Source: Candidatus Latescibacterota bacterium (GTDB lineage Bacteria; Latescibacterota; UBA2968; UBA8231). From it: DNA of 64,000 nucleotides. Under the pieces are notes generated by a model, which made no database searches, was not told where the DNA came from, and saw only the letters and a program-made list of their open reading frames with translations. The stretch is from positions 576,001-640,000 of the forward strand of contig CBDCSU010000006.1 in NCBI GenBank assembly GCA_965221775.1. Reading direction: 5' to 3'. Of this stretch, positions 48,448-58,424 are shown in pieces (within the stretch, counting starts at the first letter, position 1; the number at the start of each line of letters is the position of its first letter). The translations under genes were made by a program, and so were the position numbers.

Positions 48448-50670
48448 ATGCCCGGGAAACTCACCACCCTCAGTACCACTCTCCTCTTCCTCCTCCTGGG
48501 TCTGGCCGCGGTTCCGGCCCGCGGCCAGACCGGCGCCCTGGCCGGTCACGTGGTCGACAACGAGAGCGGCCAGGCCGTGGGCTGGACCACCGTGGTCATC
48601 GAGGGCCTCGACCGGGCCCGGACCAGCGACGCCGGAGGCTACTTCTTCTTCGCCAACGTGCCCCCCGGCGTTCACGTCCTGCGCAGCCTGCGCGTCGGCT
48701 ACCACGAGGCCCGCTTCGAGGTCGAGGTAACCTCCGGGGACACGACCCGCGTCGATCTCCGGATCGGCCACGAGACGATCGCCGTGAGGGCCGTGGTCGT
48801 CGAGGGCGAACGGGTCCACCTCTCCCCGCTGCAGGAGCCGGAGGTGGTCTTCAGCAGCAGCAAGCTGCGCCAGAACCTGAGCCGCACCATCGCCGAGACG
48901 ATCGACTACGAGCCGGGCATCGCCCATCGCTCCATGGGGCCGGCGCCGGCGCGGCCGGTGCTGCGCGGGCTGGGCGGCGACCGGCTGCTGGTGCTCGAGG
49001 ACGGGGAGCGCACCGGCGATCTGTCGGCCACCTCCTCGGACCACGCCGTGGCCATCGAGCCCATGACCACCGAGCGCATCGAGGTCGTGCGCGGACCCCG
49101 GACCCTGCTCCATGGCTCCAACGCCCTGGGCGGGGTGGTCAACGTGGTGCGAGGATACGTGCCCTCCGAGCTGCCGGATGGCCTGAGGGGCTCCTTCACC
49201 TGGCAGGGGGAGAGCGTCAACCGGGGCCTGGCCGGCGGCCTGGCCCTGGAGCACGCCCTCGGGCCCCTGGCGGTGCGGGCCGACGGCAGTCTGCGCGATG
49301 TCGACGCCATCGGCACCCCGCACGGGGAGCTGCCCAACACCGAGATCCGCACGGGCAACGCCTCCATCGGCGCCGGGCTGGTGCGGGCCTGGGGGCACGC
49401 GGGCGTCTCCGGCAGCCTCTACGACTCCGACTACGGCATCCCCCCCGACCCGGAGGGCGGCCACCCGCACGGCGTCTCCATCGAGATGCTGCGCCAGCAC
49501 CTCGAAGCCCGCGGCGAGATCCTCACCGGGCCGGACTGGCTCCGGCGCCTGGAGCTGCACCACGCCTTCTCTCGCTACCAGCACGGGGAGTTCGAGGCGG
49601 ACGGCTTCCTCGGCCTGGAGTTCGGCGTCCTCTCCCATCACCTCTCCGCCCTGGCCCACCTCGAGCCCATGGGGCCCGTCACCGACGGCGCCGCCGGCGT
49701 GTGGTACGAGTACCGGAACTACGCGGCGGCCGGGCTCAACTTCACCCCCGCTTCCGAGGAGTACGCCGGGGCCCTCTACACCTACCAGGAGACGGAGGCC
49801 GGGCCCTGGTCCGCCAACGCCGCCCTGCGCTTCGACATCCGCCGCGTCGAGCCCCGGGAAGACCGCGTCTCCCGGACCGTGGGCCGCATCGAGAGCCGCG
49901 ACTTCGCCGGCTTCTCCGCCGGCCTGTCCAGCCACTACCGGGCCACCTCGAGCCTGACCCTGGGCTCGACCCTGATGCGCACCTTCCGGGCCCCCGGCAT
50001 CGAGGAGTTGTTCTCGGAGGGGCCCCACCTGGCCGCCTATTCGTACGAGGTGGGCAACGCGTCCCTGGACAGCGAGCGCGGCCAGGGGCTGGAGGTCTTC
50101 GCCGAGTACCGGCGCCGGGACGGCCAGGTCCACCTGGCTTTCTTCCGCAACGCCATCGACGGCTACATCTTCCCCAAGAACACGGGCGAGCGCAGCCTGC
50201 GCCGGGCCGATCTGTTCCTCTACAAGATGGTGGGGGAGTCCGTCCTCATGCACGGCGTCGAGGCGGCCTTCGACTGGTACCTGGCACGCCACTGGAAGGC
50301 GGCCGGAACCCTCAGCTACGTGCACGGCCGCCTCACCGACCTCGACGACGAGCCCCTGCCGCGCCTGCCCCCCCTGCAGGGACGGGTCACCCTCAGCTGG
50401 GAGCCGTCCGAGGCCCTGAAGGCGGCGGCCGCCCTGCGCCTGGCCGCCGACCAGGACCGGCCCGGGGAGTTCGAGGGGCGCACCGATGGCTACGCGGTCC
50501 TGGACCTGTCGGGCGAGCACCACGTACACTGGGGAGGGCGCCTGCACACCCTCACCCTGACCCTGGAGAACGCCACCGACGCGGTCTACCGAAACCACCT
50601 CAACCGCGTCAAGGAGATCCTGCCCGAACCCGGGAGGAACCTCCGCCTGCTGCACAAGGTGTTCCTCTGA
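48448..50670 (+). CDS. TonB-dependent receptor (ZnuD-like, putative metal uptake)
   Basis: Signal peptide, carboxypeptidase-regulatory-like N-domain, RPVLRGLGGDR, DHAV.IEP, EELFSEGPH, EPGRN. Confidence 0.88.
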   Translation: MPGKLTTLSTTLLFLLLGLAAVPARGQTGALAGHVVDNESGQAVGWTTVVIEGLDRARTSDAGGYFFFANVPPGVHVLRSLRVGYHEARFEVEVTSGDTTRVDLRIGHETIAVRAVVVEGERVHLSPLQEPEVVFSSSKLRQNLSRTIAETIDYEPGIAHRSMGPAPARPVLRGLGGDRLLVLEDGERTGDLSATSSDHAVAIEPMTTERIEVVRGPRTLLHGSNALGGVVNVVRGYVPSELPDGLRGSFTWQGESVNRGLAGGLALEHALGPLAVRADGSLRDVDAIGTPHGELPNTEIRTGNASIGAGLVRAWGHAGVSGSLYDSDYGIPPDPEGGHPHGVSIEMLRQHLEARGEILTGPDWLRRLELHHAFSRYQHGEFEADGFLGLEFGVLSHHLSALAHLEPMGPVTDGAAGVWYEYRNYAAAGLNFTPASEEYAGALYTYQETEAGPWSANAALRFDIRRVEPREDRVSRTVGRIESRDFAGFSAGLSSHYRATSSLTLGSTLMRTFRAPGIEELFSEGPHLAAYSYEVGNASLDSERGQGLEVFAEYRRRDGQVHLAFFRNAIDGYIFPKNTGERSLRRADLFLYKMVGESVLMHGVEAAFDWYLARHWKAAGTLSYVHGRLTDLDDEPLPRLPPLQGRVTLSWEPSEALKAAAALRLAADQDRPGEFEGRTDGYAVLDLSGEHHVHWGGRLHTLTLTLENATDAVYRNHLNRVKEILPEPGRNLRLLHKVFL

Positions 50671-50770
50671 AGGACCGGCGGTCGCCTTCGCCCCGAAGGG
50701 TGGCCGCCGGCCTGCACTTGAGGATCGGCCCCCGAACGTCCCCCTGATGGCACCAAGGAGCGATGATCTC

Positions 50771-53146
50771 ATGCGCAAGGTGGTCTGTGTGTCGATTCTG
50801 GCGGCCCTGGTGGTCGCCCGCCCCCTGACCGCCCGGGCGGAGGCCAGCCTGAGTGGCGAGATAAACGACGGGGATACCGGCCAGCCGCTGATCGGAGCCA
50901 CCATCCGTCTCGTGGGTACCTTGCTGGGGGCCTCCACGGACATGAACGGTCAGTTCCTGTTGCCCATAGTGCCTCCGGGTGCCTACCAGGTGGAAGTCAG
51001 TCAGATCGGTTATTCCACCTTCACCGACACCGTGCGGGTGGCCCCTGAAGAGAAGGCCCGCCTGGTCGTCGCCCTGACCCCCAGCCCCTTCCACATGGGC
51101 GAAATGCTGATTCACGGCGAACGGGCCTTCTCGGCGGCCTCCTCGCGGGCCGTGCGTCAGTTCGATCTGCACATCCGGCCCAATCGCACGGCCCATCAGA
51201 TGCTGCAACTGATGCCGGGCCTCATCATTGCCCAGCACGCCGGCGGCGGCAAAGCCGAACAGATCTTCCTGCGCGGCTTCGACGCCGACCACGGCACCGA
51301 TGTGGCCATCTCGGTGGATGGGGTACCCGTGAACATGGTCTCCCACGGCCATGGGCAAGGGTACGCCGACATGCACTTCCTCATACCCGAAGTAGTCGAG
51401 AGCCTGGACGTCAAGAAAGGGCCGTACTTCGCCGAATTCGGCAATCTCGCCACTGCCGGGGCCATCGCCTATTCCACCCTCGACCGTCTCGACAACAATG
51501 CCATTCACCTCGAAGGGGGTGGTTTCAACACGGCCCGGTACACCATGCTCTACCAGATCCCGCTGGCCGGTCCCGAACAGAGTGCCTACTTCGCCGGCAA
51601 GTACTACCGCACCGACGGCCCGGTCAGGCAGCCCCAGGGCCTGGAGCGACTCAATGTCTTCGGCAAGTACCACACTCGTCTCTCCGACCGATCCGCCTTC
51701 ACCCTGACCACCAGCGGGTTCAGTTCGGCCTGGGACGCCTCCGGGCAGATCCCCCAACGGGCCATCGAGCAGGGCCTCATCGACCGCTGGGGGGCGATTG
51801 ACGATCTGGAGGGTGGCACCACCGGCCGCCAGGATGTGCAGGTCAACTTCCACGCCCAGGGAACGGACGCCAACATTTTCGACCTGCAGGCATACCTGGC
51901 CAACTACCAGTTCAAACTGTTCTCCAATTTCACCTTCTTCCTCGAGGATCCCGACCGCGGCGACACCATAGAGCAGACCGATCTCCGCCGGGTCGCTGGA
52001 ATCAACAGTGCCTATACCTTCCATCACTACTGGGGCCCACACCTGGCCCAGACCACGATGGGGGGCGGCCTGCGTGCCGACAATGCATCCGTGGCTCTGT
52101 GGAGGAGCCCCGACCGCCAACGCCTCGAGCCTCTGGTCGAGGCCGACGTGGTGGAGCGCAACCTCTTCCTGTGGGCCCGGGAGGAGATCGCTCTCACCCC
52201 GCGCCTGCAACTGGTGCTGGGGCTGCGCGGCGACTATTTCACCTTCAATGTCGACGACCGTCTCGAAGGGCACTCCACCGACTTGCCCCACGCTTCGGGC
52301 TATGCCCAAGCCTCCATACTCAGCCCGAAGGCGTCCCTGGTGTACAGCCCGATCCCGGCCTTGGACCTCTTTGCCAATTCCGGCACCGGCTTTCACTCCA
52401 ACGACGCCCGCAACAACGTCATCGACGCCCGGGCCTCGCAGATTCGTCGGACCATGCGGCGCCATGGGCGCAGCGAGGCCGATGTTGCCGCCGAGTTGGC
52501 AGCGCGGAACATCGATCCGGGACACCTCGAGGAAGGGACCCTGCCCCGGGCTGTGGGGGCCGAGACCGGTCTGCGGACCCGCTTGTTCGACCGGTTGAGT
52601 CTGGGGGCGGCTTTGTGGTGGATGGACCTGGAGAGCGAATTCGTCTTTGTCGGCGACGCCGGCACCACCGAGGCCAGCGGGAGGACTCGGCGGACGGGGC
52701 TGGATGTAGAAGCCCGCCTCCAACTGTACTCCTGGCTGTGGGTCGATACCGACCTCAATCTCTCTCGAGGTGAGGCGTTGGACGAACCCGAAGGTGACGA
52801 CAGGATTCCGCTGGCCCCCAACAGGACCTCTACTGGCGGCTTGACCTGGCGTCACCCCAATGGCCTGGAAGGCAGCTTGCGCTACCGCCATATCGGCGAC
52901 CGGCCCGCCAACGAGGATGGCAGTGTCACGGCCGAGGGTTATACTGTCGTCGATCTCAGCGGTGCCTTTCAACGGGGGGCCTGGCGGTTCAACCTGGCCG
53001 TGGAGAACGTGCTTGACACGATGTGGAACGAGGCCCAATTCGACACCGAGTCGCGCCTGCGGGACGAAGAGGAACCTGTTTCGGAGATCCACTTCACCCC
53101 CGGGAATCCTCTCAATGTGCGGCTGGGGGTGAGTCTGCTGTTTTGA
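50771..53146 (+). CDS. TonB-dependent receptor (His-rich plug, putative metal uptake)
   Basis: QHAGGGKAEQIFLRGFDADHGTD, VSHGHGQGYAD, IHFTPG, C-terminal Phe. Confidence 0.9.
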   Translation: MRKVVCVSILAALVVARPLTARAEASLSGEINDGDTGQPLIGATIRLVGTLLGASTDMNGQFLLPIVPPGAYQVEVSQIGYSTFTDTVRVAPEEKARLVVALTPSPFHMGEMLIHGERAFSAASSRAVRQFDLHIRPNRTAHQMLQLMPGLIIAQHAGGGKAEQIFLRGFDADHGTDVAISVDGVPVNMVSHGHGQGYADMHFLIPEVVESLDVKKGPYFAEFGNLATAGAIAYSTLDRLDNNAIHLEGGGFNTARYTMLYQIPLAGPEQSAYFAGKYYRTDGPVRQPQGLERLNVFGKYHTRLSDRSAFTLTTSGFSSAWDASGQIPQRAIEQGLIDRWGAIDDLEGGTTGRQDVQVNFHAQGTDANIFDLQAYLANYQFKLFSNFTFFLEDPDRGDTIEQTDLRRVAGINSAYTFHHYWGPHLAQTTMGGGLRADNASVALWRSPDRQRLEPLVEADVVERNLFLWAREEIALTPRLQLVLGLRGDYFTFNVDDRLEGHSTDLPHASGYAQASILSPKASLVYSPIPALDLFANSGTGFHSNDARNNVIDARASQIRRTMRRHGRSEADVAAELAARNIDPGHLEEGTLPRAVGAETGLRTRLFDRLSLGAALWWMDLESEFVFVGDAGTTEASGRTRRTGLDVEARLQLYSWLWVDTDLNLSRGEALDEPEGDDRIPLAPNRTSTGGLTWRHPNGLEGSLRYRHIGDRPANEDGSVTAEGYTVVDLSGAFQRGAWRFNLAVENVLDTMWNEAQFDTESRLRDEEEPVSEIHFTPGNPLNVRLGVSLLF

Positions 53147-55221
53147 TGGGACTACTGGCGAGATTGGGAGTGGCCGTGGCGTTGTCGGGCTGTTCGACTG
53201 ACGAGGATCCCTATCTCTGGCTGGAGCATGTCGGCGGTGACGAGGCGCTGGCATGGGTCGGGGAACGAAACGATGCGACCCGGGCCGCCTTTGCCGAAGA
53301 CCCGGCCTTCGATCCGCTGCAGCGGCGTCTGTTGGGGATCTTCGATGCCGACGATCGCATCCCCCATGTCTACAAGGCCGGCGACTGGTACTACAACCTC
53401 TGGAAGGATGAGGCCAACCCCCGCGGCCTGTGGCGGCGCACGACGCTCGAGGAGTACAGGAAGCCGGACCCCACCTGGGAGGTCGTGCTCGACATCGATG
53501 CCCTGGGACGCGACGAGGGTGAGAACTGGGTCTACGCGGGGGCTCCCATCCTGGTCCCGACCCACGACCGCTGCCTGCTGCGCCTGTCCCGGGGCGGCGC
53601 CGACGCCTTCGTCGTCCGGGAGTTCGACCTTGTCGCCCGGGCCTTCGTGGAAGACGGCTTCTCGCTCCCCGAGTCCAAGGGATCCGTCGCCTGGGCCGGC
53701 CCCGACGAGATCTTCGTGGCCACGGACTTCGGCGCCGGCACGATGACCGACTCCGGCTATCCCCGGATCGTCAAACTGTGGCGACGCGGTCAGCCCCTCG
53801 AAAAAGCCGCCACCGTCTTTGAAGGCGAACCCTCCGATGTCTCGGTGGGCGCCTACGCCGAACTCTCCCCGGGTTTCGAGATGCAGTTCGTGTACCGGGG
53901 ACGCGACTTCTACAACAGCGATCACTTCATTCGCCGCGGCGAGCAACTCGTACCGCTCGAGATCCCTTCCGACGCGGGGTACGCGGTGCACCGCGGCCGG
54001 CTCTACGTGACGACGCGCAGCGACTGGGCCACCGAAGCGTCCACCTTTGCCACGGGGAGCCTGATCGCCCTCGAGCTGGATCGCTTCCTCGCCGGCGGAC
54101 GCGGCTTCGCCGTCCTCTTCGAGCCGGGCGAAGGTTCCGCCCTCTCAGGCTATTCCCTGACCCGCCACCACGTTCTCATCAACATCCTGGACAACGTGCG
54201 CAACCGCATCGAAGTGGCGACACCCGGCCCCGAAGGCTGGACCACCACCCCGCTTCCGGGCGTCGACGCCGCCGGGTTCCAGACCCTCGACGCCGACGCC
54301 GTGGACCCCGACGGGGACGACCGTTTCTTCCTCACCACCACCGACTACCTGACCCCGTCCACCCTGGCCCTCGCGTCGGTGGGTGAGGACCCCGTCGTGC
54401 TGAAGCGCGCACCGGGCAAGTTCGACGCGGCCGGCCTGTCCGTGGCGCAGCATTGGACCGAGTCCGCCGACGGCACGCGGATTCCCTACTTCCAGGTCTC
54501 GCGAGACGACACGGGCGAACCGCGCCCGACACTGCTCTACGGCTACGGCGGCTTCCGGATTCCCCTGGTTCCCGGGTATTCGGCAGGGACTGGCGCGGCG
54601 TGGCTGGAGCGCGGCGGAGTCTACGTCGTGGCGAACATCCGGGGCGGCGGCGAGTTCGGACCCGAGTGGCACCAGGCCGCCCTCAAGGCGGATCGCCCGC
54701 GGGCCTACGAGGACTTCATCGCCGTCGCCGAGGACCTGATCCGCCGGGGCGTCACCACCCCGGAGCTACTCGGCGCCATGGGCGGCAGCAACGGCGGGCT
54801 CCTGGTGGGCAATGTGCTCACCATGCGTCCCGACCTGTTCGGCGCCATCGTCGCGCAGGTACCGTTGTTCGACATGCGCCGCTACCACGAATTGCTGGCC
54901 GGGGCGAGCTGGATGGCGGAGTACGGCGATCCCGACGACCCCGGCGAGTGGGCGTTCATCGAAGGCTTCTCGCCCTACCACAACCTCTCCAGGGACGCGG
55001 ACTACCCCGGGCTCCTCGTCACCACGTCCACCCGGGACGATCGCGTCCACCCGGGACACGCCCGGAAGATGGTTGCGAAGATGCGGGACATGGGCCACCA
55101 CGTCCTCTACTACGAGAACGTGGAAGGCGGACACGCGGGCGCGGCGGACAACGCCCAGCGGGCCTACATGTGGACGCTGGCCTTTCGGTTTCTGTGGGGA
55201 ACGCTCGGCCCCGACCGGTGA
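53146..55221 (+). CDS. Prolyl oligopeptidase (S9A), probable lipoprotein
   Basis: LSGC lipobox, DPYLWLE, YGYGGF, NIRGGGEFG, GGSNGG, DDRVHP, GGH. Confidence 0.93.
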   Translation: MGLLARLGVAVALSGCSTDEDPYLWLEHVGGDEALAWVGERNDATRAAFAEDPAFDPLQRRLLGIFDADDRIPHVYKAGDWYYNLWKDEANPRGLWRRTTLEEYRKPDPTWEVVLDIDALGRDEGENWVYAGAPILVPTHDRCLLRLSRGGADAFVVREFDLVARAFVEDGFSLPESKGSVAWAGPDEIFVATDFGAGTMTDSGYPRIVKLWRRGQPLEKAATVFEGEPSDVSVGAYAELSPGFEMQFVYRGRDFYNSDHFIRRGEQLVPLEIPSDAGYAVHRGRLYVTTRSDWATEASTFATGSLIALELDRFLAGGRGFAVLFEPGEGSALSGYSLTRHHVLINILDNVRNRIEVATPGPEGWTTTPLPGVDAAGFQTLDADAVDPDGDDRFFLTTTDYLTPSTLALASVGEDPVVLKRAPGKFDAAGLSVAQHWTESADGTRIPYFQVSRDDTGEPRPTLLYGYGGFRIPLVPGYSAGTGAAWLERGGVYVVANIRGGGEFGPEWHQAALKADRPRAYEDFIAVAEDLIRRGVTTPELLGAMGGSNGGLLVGNVLTMRPDLFGAIVAQVPLFDMRRYHELLAGASWMAEYGDPDDPGEWAFIEGFSPYHNLSRDADYPGLLVTTSTRDDRVHPGHARKMVAKMRDMGHHVLYYENVEGGHAGAADNAQRAYMWTLAFRFLWGTLGPDR

Positions 55222-55259
55222 CGGCGCCCCGAACCCGGGCCGTTTGCCGGATACTGGGA

Positions 55260-55631
55260 TCAAAGGAGGTCGTCTACCGTCACCTGCAACGCCTTGGCGA
55301 GAGCGGCCAATGTCCTGGCCGAGCCGGTGCGTTTGCCGGTCTCGATCTGGGAGAGATAGACCGTGTTGATGTCGGCGGCGGCGGCCAGTGCCTTCTGGGT
55401 CATACCCCGGTAGTTGCGATACACACTGATTGGATTCTGTCCGGCCAGGAGTTGATCAACCACCTCGATGGGAAAGGACTCGCCGTTGTCCGCGATGGCG
55501 CGATCAAAATGCTCCTCATCGCTCAATATCGCCTCCGCGTCCTCGCTTGTGAGACGCTCGTAGTCGCGCCAGGGGATCACGACAAAGGCGGGCTGCCCGG
55601 TGTCGTCAAGAATTACCTGTGGCTTGTTCAT
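55260..55631 (-). CDS. XRE-family HTH antitoxin-like protein
   Basis: P.FVVIP..DY, NPI.VYR.YRGMTQ..LA......YLSQIE.GKR. Confidence 0.85.
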   Translation of the reverse strand: MNKPQVILDDTGQPAFVVIPWRDYERLTSEDAEAILSDEEHFDRAIADNGESFPIEVVDQLLAGQNPISVYRNYRGMTQKALAAAADINTVYLSQIETGKRTGSARTLAALAKALQVTVDDLL

Positions 55632-55640
55632 GGGCTGCTC

Positions 55641-55730
55641 CTATCGCTTGTAGGCCTGCCCGCGCGGCACGATCCGCAGCACGTGAATTACCCGAGCCTC
55701 ATCGTCTCGCGTGAAGATGATCCGCCAGTC
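55641..55730 (-). pseudogene. RelE/ParE-family toxin C-terminal remnant
   Basis: DWRIIFTRDDEARVIHVLRIVPRGQAYKR* just upstream of the HTH gene; no N-terminal half. Confidence 0.75.
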
Positions 55731-57225
55731 ATGAGCGCTCCAGCCCCGCCCGAACCACGGTGAGTCCGAGAGCCGGCGCCGTCACCCGCAACCGCCCGTC
55801 CTCGCCCCGGACCGCCCGCCCCCGGACGGGCGCGACCACCTCCGGCGCCTGCCACGAGTTGTGAGCCTTCGGGTCGTCCCCGCTGAGGATCTCCACTTCG
55901 ACGGCGGTCCCGGCCGCCCGCCCGCCGAAGTCGATCTCCACCTCCAGGTCCTGTGAAGTCCCCCGGTTCACCAGGAAGAGGCTGACGGCGCCGGTCTCCT
56001 CGTCGTGGCTGGCCGAGACGTCCAGGACCGGGACCTCGCCGCGAGATCCCGCGGTGTAGGTAGGGCCGTCGACGACGGGCGCCAGCGAGACCCCCCTCGC
56101 CTGGCGGGAGAACATCCGCAGCGGGTGGTAGATGCTCTGGATGAGGATGCCGTCCGGCGACGTCAGCACGGGCGCGATGACGTTGACGATCTGGGCCAGG
56201 CAGGCGATGCGGACGACGTCGGCGTGGCGCAGGAAGCTGTTGAGGTACTGGGCGCAGACCAGGGCGTCCTCGAGGTTGTACACCTCCTCCAGCAGGGCCG
56301 GCCCCTCGGTGCAGCGGCCGTCGGTCTCGTGGTTCTTGTACCACACGTTCCACTCGTCGAAGGCGACGAAGACGCGCCGGTCGCTCCTCTTGAGGCCGCG
56401 CACGTAGGCCAGCAGTCCCGCGTAGTCGTCGAGGATGCGGTCGATCTCCACGCCCTCGGCCAGGAACCACGCCGTGTCGTCCTCGCGGTTGCCGCTGTAG
56501 CGGTGGGCGGAGATGTACTCCACCGCGTCCCAGCAGTGCTCGAGGACGACGCGGTCCCACTCCAGGTAGGTGGCCATGCCGCGTCCCGACGATCCGCACA
56601 GGACCAGCTCGATGGAGGGGTCGAGGCCGCGCATGAGCCGGGCCACCTGGCGCGCCTTCAGGGCGTACTCCGGCGCCGGGCAGTGGCCCGCCTGCCAGGG
56701 GCCGTCCATCTCGTTGCCGAGGCACCAGAGCTTCACCCCGTGGGGGTCGGCGCCGCCGTTGGCCCGCCTGGCGTCGGCCCAGTGGGTGCCGCCCGGCAGG
56801 TTGCAGTACTCCACCAGGTCCGCCGCCTCGCGGGGCCCCAGGGTCCCCAGATTCACCGCCATCATCGGCTCGGTGCCGACCACGCGGCACCAGGCGGCGA
56901 ACTCGTCGACGCCGAAGGTGTTCGGCTCGATCGTCTTCCACGCGAAGTCCGGCCTCGAGGGACGGCTCTCCCGCGGCCCCACGCCGTCGCGCCAGTCGTA
57001 GTTGCTCACGAAGTTGCCGCCGGGATAGCGGACGCAGGGCATCTCCAGGGCCCGCAGCGCCCCGGCCACGTCGGTGCGGAAACCGCGGTCATCGCTCAGG
57101 GGATTCCCGGGATCGTAGACGCCGCCGTAGACGGCGCGCCCAAGATGCTCGAGGAAACCGCCGAAGAGGCGGCGGTCGATGGGACCCGCGCGGCGATCGA
57201 TGTCCAGCTTGACCGTGGCCTTCAC
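55729..57225 (-). CDS. abfA: Alpha-L-arabinofuranosidase (GH51)
   Basis: FLEHLGRAVY.G, RYPGGNF, LGNEMDGPWQ, FDEWNVW, AQIVNVIAP; aaggagg RBS before GTG 57225. Confidence 0.93.
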   Translation of the reverse strand: MKATVKLDIDRRAGPIDRRLFGGFLEHLGRAVYGGVYDPGNPLSDDRGFRTDVAGALRALEMPCVRYPGGNFVSNYDWRDGVGPRESRPSRPDFAWKTIEPNTFGVDEFAAWCRVVGTEPMMAVNLGTLGPREAADLVEYCNLPGGTHWADARRANGGADPHGVKLWCLGNEMDGPWQAGHCPAPEYALKARQVARLMRGLDPSIELVLCGSSGRGMATYLEWDRVVLEHCWDAVEYISAHRYSGNREDDTAWFLAEGVEIDRILDDYAGLLAYVRGLKRSDRRVFVAFDEWNVWYKNHETDGRCTEGPALLEEVYNLEDALVCAQYLNSFLRHADVVRIACLAQIVNVIAPVLTSPDGILIQSIYHPLRMFSRQARGVSLAPVVDGPTYTAGSRGEVPVLDVSASHDEETGAVSLFLVNRGTSQDLEVEIDFGGRAAGTAVEVEILSGDDPKAHNSWQAPEVVAPVRGRAVRGEDGRLRVTAPALGLTVVRAGLERS

Positions 57226-57356
57226 CGGGATACCTCCTTCTCTGTCGGGGCGGGCTAAGCTGCTCGCCGCGGGAAGCAGTGGCAAGCCAGCAATGTCTCT
57301 CCATTGGACCGTCTCCCGAGCCGGGATAGATTCTCGCGCAAGACGGGAGGGAACCC

Positions 57357-58424
57357 ATGACTCAGAACGTGAGACTCGGCTTCATCGGCGCCGGCTGGTG
57401 GGCCACCAGCAACCACTTGCCGATCCTGGCGGCCCGGGACGACGTGGACCTCGCCGGCGTCTGCCGCCTCGGGGCCCGGGAGCTGAGGCAGGTGCAGGAC
57501 CGCTTCGGCTTCGCCTACGCCACCGAGGACTACCGCGACCTGCTGGCCAACTGCGAGCTGGACGGGGTCGTCGTCGCCTCGCCCCACCCCCTGCACCACG
57601 AGCACGCCCTGGCCGCCCTCGACGCCGGCCTCCACGTGATGTGCGAGAAGCCGATGACGACGCGCGCCGCCCACGCCCGCCAGCTCGTCGAGCGCGCCCG
57701 GGAGAAGGGCCTCCACCTGCTGGTCCCCTACGGTTGGCACTACAAGCCCTTCGTGCAGCGGGCCCGGGAGCTGATGGAGGGCGGCGGCGTGGGCACCGTG
57801 GAGTACGTCCTCTGCCACATGGCGTCGCCGATCCGCCCGCTTCTCTCCGGCGATGAGGCCGACCTCGACGAGGAGAGCGGCGGCTCCGAGTCCGGCATCT
57901 TCGGCCCGGACCCGTCGACCTGGGCCGATCCCGCCCGCGCCGAGGGAGGTTACGGCCACGCCCAGGTCTCGCACTCCTCGGGCCTGCTGTTCTGGCTCAC
58001 CGGCCTGCGGGCGGCCTCGGTCTTCGCGGTCATGTCCGGGCCCGGCGCCGAGGTCGAGCTCTACGACGCCATGACCGTGCGCTTCGAGGGCGGGGCCGTG
58101 GGCAGCCTCTCCGGGGCCGGCAACGTGCCCCCGGGCCACGGCTTCCAGGTCGACCTGCGGATCTTCGGCGACGAGGGCATGCTGCTCCTCGACTGCGAGC
58201 GCGCCCGCCTGGAGCTGGCCCGTTACGACGGCAAGGGGGAGTCCCTCGATCTCGACCCCGGAGCAGGCGCCTACGAATGCTCCGGACCGCCGGCCAACTT
58301 CGTGGACCTCGTCGCCGGGAGGACCGATGTCAACCACGCTCCCGGGGAGGCGGCCATGCGCGGCGTGGAGGTCCTCGACGCGGCGTACCGTTCCGCCCGG
58401 TCGGGGCGGGAGGAGAAGGTATGA
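57357..58424 (+). CDS. Gfo/Idh/MocA family oxidoreductase
   Basis: IGAGWW, ALDAGLHVMCEKP, AAYRSA. Confidence 0.9.
   Translation: MTQNVRLGFIGAGWWATSNHLPILAARDDVDLAGVCRLGARELRQVQDRFGFAYATEDYRDLLANCELDGVVVASPHPLHHEHALAALDAGLHVMCEKPMTTRAAHARQLVERAREKGLHLLVPYGWHYKPFVQRARELMEGGGVGTVEYVLCHMASPIRPLLSGDEADLDEESGGSESGIFGPDPSTWADPARAEGGYGHAQVSHSSGLLFWLTGLRAASVFAVMSGPGAEVELYDAMTVRFEGGAVGSLSGAGNVPPGHGFQVDLRIFGDEGMLLLDCERARLELARYDGKGESLDLDPGAGAYECSGPPANFVDLVAGRTDVNHAPGEAAMRGVEVLDAAYRSARSGREEKV

Noticed and set aside
50675-50710. Hairpin between the two TonB-dependent receptor genes as a REP/MITE
   Set aside because: Single copy in the window, no target duplication; probably an mRNA stability element
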